Shown here one piece after another: positions 8,961-19,317 of a stretch of DNA of 64,000 nucleotides. A program made the position numbers and the translations under genes. The DNA comes from a virus (Duplodnaviria; Caudoviricetes). The DNA lies in the IMG/VR virus record IMGVR_UViG_3300014720_000033, positions 531 through 64,530 of that record; one strand, 5' to 3'. The notes under the pieces are model-generated. The model saw only the letters and a list, made by a program, of their open reading frames with translations, had not been told where the DNA came from and did not search any database. Position 1 is the first letter of the stretch, and each line of letters opens with the position of its first letter.

Positions 8961-11900
8961 TCACACGATACTTCTAACTCTGTATATCGGTGCTCTGTTG
9001 GAGCCCATATGATCGAGACCCGGTGTGATGTCGTGTATTGGTGAGAACGATATGGTCACTTTGCACATCTTAGGAGCTTTTCGACCAGGTCCTTCGTTCG
9101 TAGTCCACGTGACCTTATCGTACCAGTCAAAGCTCATGCTCTCTATGAATCCTGCGAGCCCTTTTCCTCCTGAAGATCTAAAAGAACGCGCCACAGCGTT
9201 TCCTTTGCTTGAGTCAAGCGGGTCGTCTTGCATGAAGTCTCTCACGTTAAGAGAATATCCACCGCTCAATTCGTCTGTCACTTTCCTTAAAGTGCTTAAT
9301 GTAGGGCTCAAATCAGCTGGATCGAAGATATAATTGTAACCATTATCTAGGATGTGCTGAGGTGGGAAACTTTCATCTCCATACGCCTTTACAGCTGCGT
9401 CTATTACAGAGCTGGGATATTCTTCGGCGTCTTCACCTGTGGCTTTTACTACTTTGCACTCAATCCTCTTTTCTTCGTTGACTTTAACAACCTCGAGAAC
9501 AAGACCTTTAGGCAAATTTAAATCATCCGGTGGACTTCTGTCATAATTTCTGGGAACTCTGACAGCATAGTCTTCTAACTTAGCGTTCGTAATAAAAGTG
9601 TTTCCTGGGCGCCGTCTCAATTCTTCAAGCTTCTTGTCAAATTTTCTTGCGTCTCCTGATTCGTCTACTTCAGATTTGTCTGGTCTGTCAACTCCGCCGA
9701 ACTTAGTACCCTTGTAAGAATATCCAAAGATTCTAGCCAAGTTAAATTTGGATTAGTTAGAAGTGATCAGATCGCCTATCCTGACTCTCACAAGAGGCGA
9801 AGCTTGAATAGTCTGACTGAAGGGCATGTAGATAGTATTGGTACTGCCATCTGTAATTGTTCTTCCTTCAGTGAACTGAGGGTACAGAAGTGTCGTGAGT
9901 TTATTCACTTTAAGCCACATTGAGTCAAAGTCTTTTTCATTTGTGGCAGCAATGTAGAAAGAGAAGTCAACTTTTCTTGTGGTAGATTTGTAGATCTTTA
10001 TGGGTTCTACTCTTCCAACACCCTCTGCGGTATCATAGGACGCTGTGTATCCGTCTGAGAGAGAGGCAAGAAACGCGTGGAAGCTTACAATTTCGTTCGT
10101 TCTTACATCGTGAATGTAAAAAGGAACATACTCCGATTCAAGATCTTTCTCTATCGCTTCTCTTAAATTTGTATCTATTCTACTTCCCTCGCTGTCAGGA
10201 GTCGAATAAGAATTTCTCTCAAAGCCTCCTTCAACAAGAAGCGGTATGGAAGAATTGTAAGGTCTTATCGATCCCATTGATTTTGCATGGGGAGAATCAA
10301 GAACTAAGCTAAGGTTAGAAGGAACAATAAAGAGGTCTTTTGCTCTATAACTTGCCCAAGCGAGTGTCAGTGGCTTAACACCATCTCCCGTAACAAGCAT
10401 TCTATTCTTTAGTCTGTCTGTGTTGGGAAGATTGTCTATCATACCTGTGAATCTAGTTCCAAATCCAGGAGCTCCAAGATCAGCAATGTTTCTACTACCT
10501 CCCACATCTTTGCTAGCATCTATTGTCCTGTCTCCAACTCTAGCAAAGATGTTGAGAATTCTGATAAATCTTGTGGCTCTTATTGCACCGACGACATTAA
10601 ATATCTGGGACACACCCGAGAAAGCTCCTGCAGAAAATGCAGGCCCAAGAGACGCGAAAGCGTCTCCTATCTGAACGAATGACAAGCCAATCATTCTTCC
10701 CAGTATCGCATAATAACCAGGGCTTTCGGAAACTGCTTGTAAGCCATTTAAGGCGGCACGTGCGGCCATACCCGCTGATGTGACTTCTGATACGTTCATT
10801 CCGAAGAAAGCGAGAGCTCCTGTGGGAATGCAAAGATTGAGAGGATTGTTGGTGTTTTCTATTCCAAGCATTCGCCAGAGGCTAAATGGAATGGAAGTAA
10901 AGAAACCAGAAGGAGCAGAATCCACTTTGTAAGCTCCGTACAACGGTCTGCCGTATCCGTCTGTTTTCTTGAAAGGAGAACTAGAGCTTCCAATTGAGAA
11001 CAACGCAGTCATCGCCAGAACGACAACAGAGAGCGCGGCGAGGAGAGCGACGGCGAGCAGCTTCATTCCGAAGTTAGACATGCCTGAGAACTGGTCGTTG
11101 ATGTTGTTGAGCGTACCCCAGGACTGACCTGCCACGTTGACGAGAGTGTTCTCAGAAATCGAAGACTCAGTGAGGTCTTTTATGACGCTCTCGGCGGTCA
11201 ATTCATCTCTGTTTATCCTAGTGATTCCGATCTGAGCAGGGCCTGGAAGCGCAGATCCTAAAACATCAGGAACATAACCTGGAGAATTGGAGTTCAGTTC
11301 CGTGGATGCCCTGGACGAAAGTATTCCTCCTACCTGAGCGAGGCGTCCATAGGACATGTCTCTGACGGCCTCGCTTGTTCCTGGTGTGTACTTCTTCGCG
11401 AATTGCTGTGAACTGAGTGCAGCTCCGAGAGTCTGATAGTCTCCGCCCTCAGGATTGAAGCGGTTGTATATGACGGAGTTGCTGAGGTTCGGACTACCGT
11501 AGTACTGCTTAACAGGATTGCCGTCAGGAAGATTGACGGAATTCATGGAAGGCGTGAACTTTCCACCCATGCTCGAGGCGGCAGGGGTGGGGGGCGTGAC
11601 GCTCTTCAGCAATTCGTTTCCATCTGGAAGATTTCCGTCTTGACGGCCTCTCTTCACTTTCAAATTGGTGTCCGCGCTGGACCTGCTCTGCAGCTGTTTT
11701 CCAGGAATGAACTTGTTGAGATGACCGTCCAAGTCTCTGTCTGGTGACGTAGGATAGCCCTTCTCGTCCATGAGACTAAGAGGGTCGGGGTCATGACCGT
11801 CGACGTGGTTTATGGGATACTTGTTGCTCACTGAGGAAGGAGAGGAAGGCGTATTACCGAGAGTTGTATCGCTGAGATAAGAGGCCAGAGTTCTCTTGGT

Positions 11901-12089
11901 TCCTCTCGAGAGATCCTTCACTTCCTTGTCGACGTTTATCTGACCTGGGCTCCACCTAGGTTTTGGAGACGCATCGCCCAGCTCAGAACCGACGTCGTAG
12001 GTGTTCAATGAGTCGTTCTGACCAATCGGGAATCCACCCGTTCCGGTGTCTATTCCACCGGGTCTTTGGTTGTTGGGCGAGTTCGGCAT
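8961..12089 (-). pseudogene. Probable single baseplate/tube-initiator gene interrupted by one in-frame TAA at 9753-9755 (track ORFs 9753..12089 and 8961..9740)
   Basis: Reads ...GDLITSN*SKFNLARIFGY... in one frame; the second ORF begins with TTG and has no RBS. GRVEPIKIYKSTTRKVDFSF in the first part and GFIESMSFDW...APKMCKVTISFSPIHD in the second look like halves of one tube-like fold. Confidence 0.65.
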
Positions 12090-12090
12090 G

Positions 12091-12342
12091 TTACGTTTCC
12101 TGGCTTCCGCTGTTGCTATTAATTAGATCTTTCTGTACTTCTAGGAATGCTTTGTTTAGAGCATCAGGATCGTTTTCCAGAATTTTCTTCGCTGGTTCCA
12201 CGACGTCTCTGAAGAACTTGTGTATGAAGTCCTCTGCGTAGGCCGATATGATCCGTCTCTCCTTCGGGTCTGTTGCCTTCTTGAGCATGTCCTTGTAGAT
12301 CGGATCCTCGTTCAGTAGCTTTATGTAGTCTTCTTTTTTCAT
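12091..12342 (-). CDS. Hypothetical protein
   Basis: 83-aa ORF with GGAG upstream, packed between the tape measure and the baseplate gene. Confidence 0.65.
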   Translation of the reverse strand: MKKEDYIKLLNEDPIYKDMLKKATDPKERRIISAYAEDFIHKFFRDVVEPAKKILENDPDALNKAFLEVQKDLINSNSGSQET

Positions 12343-12362
12343 GGTCGTGACTCCATTCTACA

Positions 12363-15300
12363 TCACGGAGCTGCATTTGGTGCCACGTTGCCGCTCTGCT
12401 CACCGACTGACTTGATCAACGCGTTCGCTGTCTGAGAGTTACCCTTCATCGTGTTGTCCATGAGGAAGTTGATCCTGTCTCTGATGACAGACTGCTGACG
12501 GGTTATGATCACCTTCTCTACCTTGTCGACGTCCATCGTCACATTGAAGTTGACGTTGATCGTTATGTCTTTGCCCTGGATGCTGTAACCACCAGATGCA
12601 CCCATGCCGCCGGCTGTCGGCTTCATGTTGGCATCGACGTTCAGGTCGGGTATGGCAGTGCGAGAGACCTTTGCCATGCTCTTCGCCATGTCTTCGGCCT
12701 TGTCAATCGTGGCATCGAAAGTCTTCTCGGCATTGGCAGGTATCATAGACAGCGACTGATCCATGCCTGCGGCGAGATTGTTTCCTATGTCGGCGAACAC
12801 CTTCGAGGGCGACTGAATCTTGAAGACCTTCTTCGCGATGTCGATGAGCGCCTTGAAGGGTCCGATGTCTGCGAGCTTTCCAAGAGTTTCTTTGATACTT
12901 TCAACAATGTTGAGGAAGACGTATTTCATGTTGTCCCAGCTAAACGTCTTCTTGATCGTCTCCCACGCGTCGCTAAACGGTGTAGTTATGCTGTTGAACA
13001 GACCTTTGCCCCACTCAACAAGCTTGGTCGGAATCTCCTTGAAACCGTTCCAGATGTACACGAAGAACTTGGCCAGCCTAAGCGAAGCTTTGTCGGCAGG
13101 ATTCGTGAGTATATTGAGAAGGTCGTTGCCCCACTCTATCATCTTCGCGACGATTCCAGTAGCAGTGTCCCACATGTACGCGAAAGTGCTGGTTATCACT
13201 CCGTACAGCGTCTTGAAGGGAAGCGTGATGATGTCGACGAATGAAGTGAAGAGTATCTTCATGACATCGAACGTACCTTGAATGACCGTCCATGCCGTCT
13301 TAAAGGGCCAAGTGACCCACTCGAAGATCTTCTTTCCCCAGGAGATGACAAAGTCAACGAAAGGATTGATGACGTCCTCCATGACGATATTAAACATCAT
13401 CTTGATATTGGCAAGAATGCTATTGAAAGCTCCTGCGACGTACTCATAGATCATGTCGAATTTCTCGGATATCCAATCGACAACAGGACTTATGACCTCT
13501 TCATAGATGGCCTCAACTACAGTCTTCACGAAGTTGTAGGCAAGTCTCCAAGGAAGTGTGATGACATCAAACACTTTGCCAAAGAGTTCCGTGACGGAAT
13601 TCCACCAGCCCGTTATCGTCTGCCAGACGCCGCTGAAGAAATCAGAGGAAGCCTTGCCGGCGTCGCTGAACCACTGTGCGATGTCAAACTGCTTGAAGAA
13701 ATCTCCGATCTCCTTCCAGCCTTGTGCAGACATGTTGAAGATCTCTTGAATTCCGTGGAAGAGGTCACCAATGACCTTGAATAGAGGGCCGAAGATGGGG
13801 ACGTGCTCTAGAGAGGCGAAGATGTTTCCTATCTTGCCGGATATCCATCCTGCTGCCTTCATCAAGTACTCCAAGATGAGGGGTCCTATCTGGAATATTG
13901 CGACCGCAGCAAGTTTGACTGCACCGATGAAAAGGTCTACGATTCCTTGACCTATCTGCTCGAAGGCCTCGTCGACCTTCTTTGAGTCGCCCTGCCACAT
14001 TCCCTTTATTAGTCCACCGATTCCACCGATGAAATCAAAGATACCAGAAAAAGCCTGCTTCAAAGAGTTAGATAATCCTGGGCCGAACCACTTGTCGAGT
14101 TGCTCAAAGAGCATTTTGTATATCTCAGCGACTCCGCGAGCAAGTGTACCCTGTAGACTTTCAGGTATCAGACCTAAAGTCAGCGTGTTTATAAGGCCGG
14201 CAGTGCCAGCAGCCATCTTCGCTTCTGCAGGAGAGAATCCATCTTTCTGAAGAATATCTGTGTATTTTTCCATGGCGTCACTAACATCGACAGCGGCAGT
14301 GACGACAGCTGTTACAACGCCTGCACCCTTCAGAATTGCCCCTAAAGATTTACCAAAGAATTCCTTACCAAGGAATCCTTCGACTTTTGCGAAAGAATTC
14401 TTAAAGAAACTAGAGAACTTCTTGGCAAGAGTTCCGACTTCTTTGTCCGCAGCATTATTTGTCGCATGCAGAATTCCCTCGAAAAGCGCCTTCCCTAAAA
14501 ATGTTGATGCTGTTCCTATTATAGCGCTCAGCATTGCTGGGGCGAACGCTGCAAACAACATTGCTTTGATAGCACCCGTGACGTAAGGCGCCGCTTTCAA
14601 AAGAAGAGGCTTGAGTTCTGGCCATATCTTATCAAAAGCGTCCTTGAGGGCAGGAAGAAGGACGGTCTTGAACGTTCCGAACATGTCTATGAGAGGCTTG
14701 AGCCACTCTGGGGCGTCTCCTTTCACCTTGTCGAGTCCGATCTCCTTTGGATTCTTTATCCAGCTGAGGAACTTGATGACTCCATCTGTGATCTTCGGCA
14801 GAAGTTTTGCAAGACCCTCCATGAAAAAGGTTCCCAGGCCTGCAACGACTTTGATGAGCGTCTTTCCAATGCTAGCGAAACCCTCTTTTATCTTCTCGGT
14901 CGCGCCCGATCCTGATGTGAAGAATTCCTTGAAAGACGCTGATATCTTCTCAAAGAAACGCTTAGAAGCATCGGGACCTCCTTTTTCGAGTTCCTTAAAT
15001 GCTCCCAGGATGCCGTCGAACATCTTCTTGAAGCGAGCAGGATCGAAGAGCTCCTTGAAGCCCGTCAGGACTTGACCGAAGCCCGGGAGGAGTTTCATGA
15101 TCTGCTTTCCAAGCTCGAAACCGAAGTGAAGAGCAAGCCTGAAGACGTCTCTGATGTTCTTCATCAACTGAAGGAATTCTGGGGATGCCTTGATTCCTCG
15201 CGTCATTCCCTCTATGATCTGCTCGAAGATGGTCTTCTTGTTCTCGCCGCCGCTGGGCGTGAGTTTGTCGATCTGCTTCGCCAGCTCCTTCATCGCCTCG

Positions 15301-16649
15301 GTCTGAGACATGACCTTGTCTTCGTTCTTGTCGGCCTGCTTGTTCAGGTCCTTGAGCATGTCGGACATGTCGCCATGGGCTGCCATGGAGTTGAGAGCCT
15401 CGTCGGTGAGGCTCGAGGACGTCTTGATGAGTTGACGTTCCTGCAATGTAAGTTTAGAGAGATCCTTGCCCGTTCGTGCAAACTCTTTGCTAAGGAGTGC
15501 TATCTTTTCCTCGGGTGACTGAGCCGTCATCATCTCAGTGAAATCAATGTTCAATCCGAACTGTTGATTCAACTTGGACATTCCCTCGGCCGTCTGGTCG
15601 AAGGTGGAAGTGGCGTCCATCACTCCGACAAGCTTGTCGATCGACACGCCCATCTTCTGAGCGAAGGCGGCGGTGACTGCCATTTCCTTGGTGCTCAAGT
15701 GACCGAAGTGCGAGAGGTCCTGCATCGCCTTCGCCATGTCCTTGGAGAGAGTCTTTGCATTGAGCTTGAACGCCTTCTCCATTCCGAGAGCCTGTTTGGT
15801 CATGCTCATGTGGACGTCGTTGATACTCTTGCCCATCCTCATGGCGTTGGAGGCGATGCTGCCCATCTGCTCCCCAGATATTCCAAGCGCCTTGTTGAAG
15901 ATCAGCATCGCTGATCCTCCCTTTTCGACCTCCTGCTCAAAGACGGAGAAAGCAGGACCGAGTCCCTCGGCCATTTCTTTCGCTGCCTTCACTCTCTCGG
16001 CCATGCTCCCAAAGATCTGGATGGTGCTTATTCCTGTCTTGTTGGCCTTGTCCAGACCTTTAGCTGTGTCGACTACAGCTTTACCCATTCCTGACTTTAA
16101 GTCTCCGAACTGCTTGACGACCTCCTGATAGGCTGCGGCCAATTCATTGCCGCCTCCTCCTTGGTTCGCCATGTCGAATAATTTCTCGAATATTTTGAAG
16201 GGTATGCTCAGAATCGATTGCGCGATAGAGAATATTCCACCGCCGATCGTGGATATTGCTTTTCCTGCCGCCTTGGACATGGCGATGACGTTCTTGAAGC
16301 CTTGAGTGAGACCTGTCAGAGCAGTCGTCGCAATGATGATTGCCTTCGCGAGAGTGGACTTCATGACCTCAGCGAGTTTCTTCGCAGCTGCTGCTGCCTC
16401 GCTCACTTCAGTGTTGTGCTTTTCTACTTCTTTTGAAACTTCTTGCCAAGTTTCAGGATCCAGGACGCCGCACTCTCCTTGACACATGGCGCGGACATTT
16501 CCGGCCACCTGTGACATGGCGTCCCTCATTTGAGTGATTATTTTAAGTTGTTCTTGGAAAGCACGGGTGGTCTCCAGCGACGCGTTCTTCACGTTCTGGA
16601 TGTTTTTGGCTAGCTCCTCCGCTGCCTTAGGATCCATCTCACCCGCCAT
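12363..16649 (-). CDS. Tail tape measure protein
   Basis: 1428 aa, helical, Ala/Lys/Gly-rich, with periodic W/F repeats in the C-terminal third and a KIQSPSKVF motif; lies downstream of the tube and chaperone genes. Confidence 0.85.
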   Translation of the reverse strand: MAGEMDPKAAEELAKNIQNVKNASLETTRAFQEQLKIITQMRDAMSQVAGNVRAMCQGECGVLDPETWQEVSKEVEKHNTEVSEAAAAAKKLAEVMKSTLAKAIIIATTALTGLTQGFKNVIAMSKAAGKAISTIGGGIFSIAQSILSIPFKIFEKLFDMANQGGGGNELAAAYQEVVKQFGDLKSGMGKAVVDTAKGLDKANKTGISTIQIFGSMAERVKAAKEMAEGLGPAFSVFEQEVEKGGSAMLIFNKALGISGEQMGSIASNAMRMGKSINDVHMSMTKQALGMEKAFKLNAKTLSKDMAKAMQDLSHFGHLSTKEMAVTAAFAQKMGVSIDKLVGVMDATSTFDQTAEGMSKLNQQFGLNIDFTEMMTAQSPEEKIALLSKEFARTGKDLSKLTLQERQLIKTSSSLTDEALNSMAAHGDMSDMLKDLNKQADKNEDKVMSQTEAMKELAKQIDKLTPSGGENKKTIFEQIIEGMTRGIKASPEFLQLMKNIRDVFRLALHFGFELGKQIMKLLPGFGQVLTGFKELFDPARFKKMFDGILGAFKELEKGGPDASKRFFEKISASFKEFFTSGSGATEKIKEGFASIGKTLIKVVAGLGTFFMEGLAKLLPKITDGVIKFLSWIKNPKEIGLDKVKGDAPEWLKPLIDMFGTFKTVLLPALKDAFDKIWPELKPLLLKAAPYVTGAIKAMLFAAFAPAMLSAIIGTASTFLGKALFEGILHATNNAADKEVGTLAKKFSSFFKNSFAKVEGFLGKEFFGKSLGAILKGAGVVTAVVTAAVDVSDAMEKYTDILQKDGFSPAEAKMAAGTAGLINTLTLGLIPESLQGTLARGVAEIYKMLFEQLDKWFGPGLSNSLKQAFSGIFDFIGGIGGLIKGMWQGDSKKVDEAFEQIGQGIVDLFIGAVKLAAVAIFQIGPLILEYLMKAAGWISGKIGNIFASLEHVPIFGPLFKVIGDLFHGIQEIFNMSAQGWKEIGDFFKQFDIAQWFSDAGKASSDFFSGVWQTITGWWNSVTELFGKVFDVITLPWRLAYNFVKTVVEAIYEEVISPVVDWISEKFDMIYEYVAGAFNSILANIKMMFNIVMEDVINPFVDFVISWGKKIFEWVTWPFKTAWTVIQGTFDVMKILFTSFVDIITLPFKTLYGVITSTFAYMWDTATGIVAKMIEWGNDLLNILTNPADKASLRLAKFFVYIWNGFKEIPTKLVEWGKGLFNSITTPFSDAWETIKKTFSWDNMKYVFLNIVESIKETLGKLADIGPFKALIDIAKKVFKIQSPSKVFADIGNNLAAGMDQSLSMIPANAEKTFDATIDKAEDMAKSMAKVSRTAIPDLNVDANMKPTAGGMGASGGYSIQGKDITINVNFNVTMDVDKVEKVIITRQQSVIRDRINFLMDNTMKGNSQTANALIKSVGEQSGNVAPNAAP

Positions 16650-16660
16650 TTAAGTTACTC

Positions 16661-16957
16661 TCAGAGAGGCCATCTGACGCCGAGAACTCTTTCAAACTCT
16701 GACGCCGACATCTGCTTTACTCTTAGTTTCTCCATGACAGACTCAACAGACGCACCGGGACGTCTCAACTCATCCTGAAACTTCTTGGATGACATGAGAG
16801 CATTTGTTACGGCCTGTATCTCGTCTCTACTTCCTCGGACCTTCGTGTTGATGACTTTGCCGACGAGCCACGCGCCGAGGGATGCGAGAAATATCTTTCC
16901 TGTCAAATTGAGGTATCCACCCTCGTTGAGGGTTTCGTCATTGGGTGTCGACTCCAT
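16661..16957 (-). CDS. Hypothetical protein
   Basis: 98-aa ORF with AGGAG upstream. Confidence 0.65.
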   Translation of the reverse strand: MESTPNDETLNEGGYLNLTGKIFLASLGAWLVGKVINTKVRGSRDEIQAVTNALMSSKKFQDELRRPGASVESVMEKLRVKQMSASEFERVLGVRWPL

Positions 16958-17012
16958 GCATCTCTCCTATTCGTATGTTAAATAAATAGAAGCTAAAAAA
17001 GATTCACACAAT

Positions 17013-17285
17013 TTAGGTGAATCTTCTCAAGCGTGAGGGAGTTTGATCTCTCGACTTACCCTGCAAGGTCCTCACATCAGGCGTGTTCTGGTGGGCTGCT
17101 CTGCTCTGAGTCTGGCCGGCTTCGTGCGACCTCGAAATTTCCTTGCCTATCCTCTCGATGAACCAGCGCTTGTAGGAGACTGGCATGTGTTGGGTCTCCC
17201 TCCAAGTGAATCCTCCGTAGTACATCAGGAGGAACGCTGGTTCCATCAGGAGGTCTTCTCTATCTTCCGGCCGAAGGCCAAAGAA
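17013..17285 (-). CDS. Tail assembly chaperone C-terminal extension (probably reached by frameshift from 17260..18132)
   Basis: FFGLRPEDREDLLMEPAFLLMYYGGFTWRETQHMPVSYKRWFIERI; overlaps the upstream gene in the +1 frame; no convincing RBS. Confidence 0.65.
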   Translation of the reverse strand, partial: FFGLRPEDREDLLMEPAFLLMYYGGFTWRETQHMPVSYKRWFIERIGKEISRSHEAGQTQSRAAHQNTPDVRTLQGKSRDQTPSRLRRFT

Positions 17286-18132
17286 ACGTGACGCCGAGCG
17301 GCATGTTGACCTCCTCGGTGTGTCCACAGGCATTGCAGGTCGTGTCCTGTCTCATCGTGATGCCTGGTTCGTGATCGCGCATGTAGTTTCTGAGAGCGAG
17401 CGAGTCGGCCGCAGGAACTGCCTTGACGAACGCCGCGATGGCAGATCTGTCCTGAATGCCTTCGATAGACTGGATGGAATAGAGGAGATTTGTTGTGACG
17501 CTATTGTCTGTCGGAAGGCCCAATTTCTTCTGCTTCTCACTCATGACCATCATCTCTTCCTCGTCGCGGCCAGTCATAAACTTGAACTTGACGACCTTGC
17601 CAGTTCTAGGCAACTTAAACTCAAACAAATTACTTCCAGGTAGAACTGGTTCTATCTCGAGACGTTTGATCGGAAGGGCCCCCAAGTTGAAGGAGTGAGG
17701 AGACTTGACACCGCATTCATTGCACTCAAGTTCAACATTGTACTCAGGACCATAACCCGTGATGCGAATGGCGACCATGAGCGCATTCCTGTCACCGCTG
17801 AGGAGGTCGAGAGGATTGACCGACTTGTCTACGAGGCAGGATCTAATGAGCTCTGTGATAACTGTTCCCTTCTTCAAGAGAGCGCGAGAAGTCAGGATGT
17901 CTTCCTCGCGGGCGGTCATTGCTCTGATCTCGACGACCTCTGATCCGTAGAGAGAAGAGTCCTGCGAGTAGACTTTTCCGTTCGATGGAAGAGGAACGAC
18001 TTCATTCGGTATCTCAAGACCGAAGTCTGCCTTGACCTTCTCGGCGTGCGACTGACGAGGCATTCTGGGATCCACACCGGGTGGCAGCTGCTGTGAAAAA
18101 ATCGCGTTCTTCTGCTCTCTATCGTCTGACAT
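17260..18132 (-). CDS. T4 gp26-like baseplate hub/tail assembly chaperone
   Basis: VPLPSNGKVY, IRAMTAREEDIL, GDRNALMVAIRITGYG, two CxxC motifs, ends MPLGVTFLWP. Confidence 0.75.
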   Translation of the reverse strand: MSDDREQKNAIFSQQLPPGVDPRMPRQSHAEKVKADFGLEIPNEVVPLPSNGKVYSQDSSLYGSEVVEIRAMTAREEDILTSRALLKKGTVITELIRSCLVDKSVNPLDLLSGDRNALMVAIRITGYGPEYNVELECNECGVKSPHSFNLGALPIKRLEIEPVLPGSNLFEFKLPRTGKVVKFKFMTGRDEEEMMVMSEKQKKLGLPTDNSVTTNLLYSIQSIEGIQDRSAIAAFVKAVPAADSLALRNYMRDHEPGITMRQDTTCNACGHTEEVNMPLGVTFLWPSAGR

Positions 18133-18236
18133 TTAGGGTCTATCTCCTAGGTATAAGGATAATTCATCGAGAGTCTATGTAAACAATTGAGAGAAAAACG
18201 ACCACAGCATCTAATACTTAAGAGGAAGGTGAATCA

Positions 18237-18620
18237 ATGGCTTTAAATCATCCTGTTCAAGGCGAGGGATACGTCTCAGCTTATCAAATCTCACTTATAC
18301 CCTACGTGACGGCATCAACAGTCGCTAGTAGCGCTACTAAGTCTCACGACTTTTCACACATAGTCGCGTTTTTTACAGTGAAGAACAAAGGCGCAGACGC
18401 ATTAGCGGTAGGTTTCACAGAACTTGGAGTCGCTGGAAGCAACAGAATTGTTCTCGGACAGAACGAGTCCTTCAGCGGAGATTTTAGAGTGAAAGCTATA
18501 TTCTTGCAAGGAGCAGGAACCGGTACCTCAAGTTACGAGCTCGTGGCTGGTCTCACAGGAATACCCTCGAGTCAGATGTCTACTCTGACAGGATCGCTAG
18601 GGTATCAAGGCGTCGGTTGA
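18237..18620 (+). CDS. Hypothetical beta-rich protein on the opposite strand
   Basis: 127 aa with ATACTTA motif and GGAAGGT RBS upstream. Confidence 0.7.
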   Translation: MALNHPVQGEGYVSAYQISLIPYVTASTVASSATKSHDFSHIVAFFTVKNKGADALAVGFTELGVAGSNRIVLGQNESFSGDFRVKAIFLQGAGTGTSSYELVAGLTGIPSSQMSTLTGSLGYQGVG

Positions 18621-18633
18621 TAGATTTAAAGCA

Positions 18634-19218
18634 TCATATCAAGTAACTGACTTGCAATACCTTGTCAACAGTCGTGGTTGTGATTATGCTTGCATTCACA
18701 ATTGTCCCCGAAGTTGTCGCTACTACGACTCCGTTTCCAAGAGCAGTACCGCTGGTATTTACTGCAGTACCGGAGCCAAGTCTAACAGGTGTCAAGCCAG
18801 TAGGAAGACTTATTGTCTGACCGCCTGTCGCTCCGCTGTTTGTACCACCGGTAAAATTAACCCAAACTGTAACTCTGGTGCCGCTTCTCTGCCAATAGCC
18901 TGCGTAATTACCTGCAGTTGCCGTCCAACCTGCAGACAATGTAGGCGTGTAGGATCCTTCTTCGTATGCAACCTGTGTTGTCGACGTTATTCCGGCGGCG
19001 CCTCTGTTGAAGAATCTCACGCCGTTAGTGGAGTTTGTCGTGAGATCTAGGATTGCACCTGGAGAAGAGATCTTGATGTCTCCGCCGAAGACTTCTAATT
19101 GTGCAGTCGGATTCTTCGTACCTATCCCTACTTCTCCACCTAAGCTGCTGCTGAAGTAGTAGTTGTTACCAGAGCTGATGAATAGATTGGTTCCACTTTC
19201 AAAAGTTGCACGAGCCAT
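18634..19218 (-). CDS. Short fibre/receptor-binding-like protein
   Basis: VGIGTKNPTAQLEV fibre repeat and YEEGSYTPTL...YWQRSGTRVTVW tip-domain pattern shared with 39704..41134. Confidence 0.65.
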   Translation of the reverse strand: MARATFESGTNLFISSGNNYYFSSSLGGEVGIGTKNPTAQLEVFGGDIKISSPGAILDLTTNSTNGVRFFNRGAAGITSTTQVAYEEGSYTPTLSAGWTATAGNYAGYWQRSGTRVTVWVNFTGGTNSGATGGQTISLPTGLTPVRLGSGTAVNTSGTALGNGVVVATTSGTIVNASIITTTTVDKVLQVSYLI

Positions 19219-19248
19219 GTTAGTCCCTTAATCTCGCATAAGAATAAT

Positions 19249-19279
19249 AAAAACCTCCGCGAGGTTATCTAGCGGAGGT
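19249..19279 (-). terminator. Intrinsic terminator after the tail tube gene
   Basis: CCTCCGC-11 nt-GCGGAGG followed by TTTTT on the minus strand. Confidence 0.65.
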
Positions 19280-19317
19280 AATTATACTTCACCGAACGAT
19301 TCGATATAAGACTTCTA

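Noticed and set aside
9753-9755. Genome-wide stop codon reassignment
   Set aside because: TAA, TAG and TGA all terminate well-defined genes and long genes are otherwise uninterrupted.
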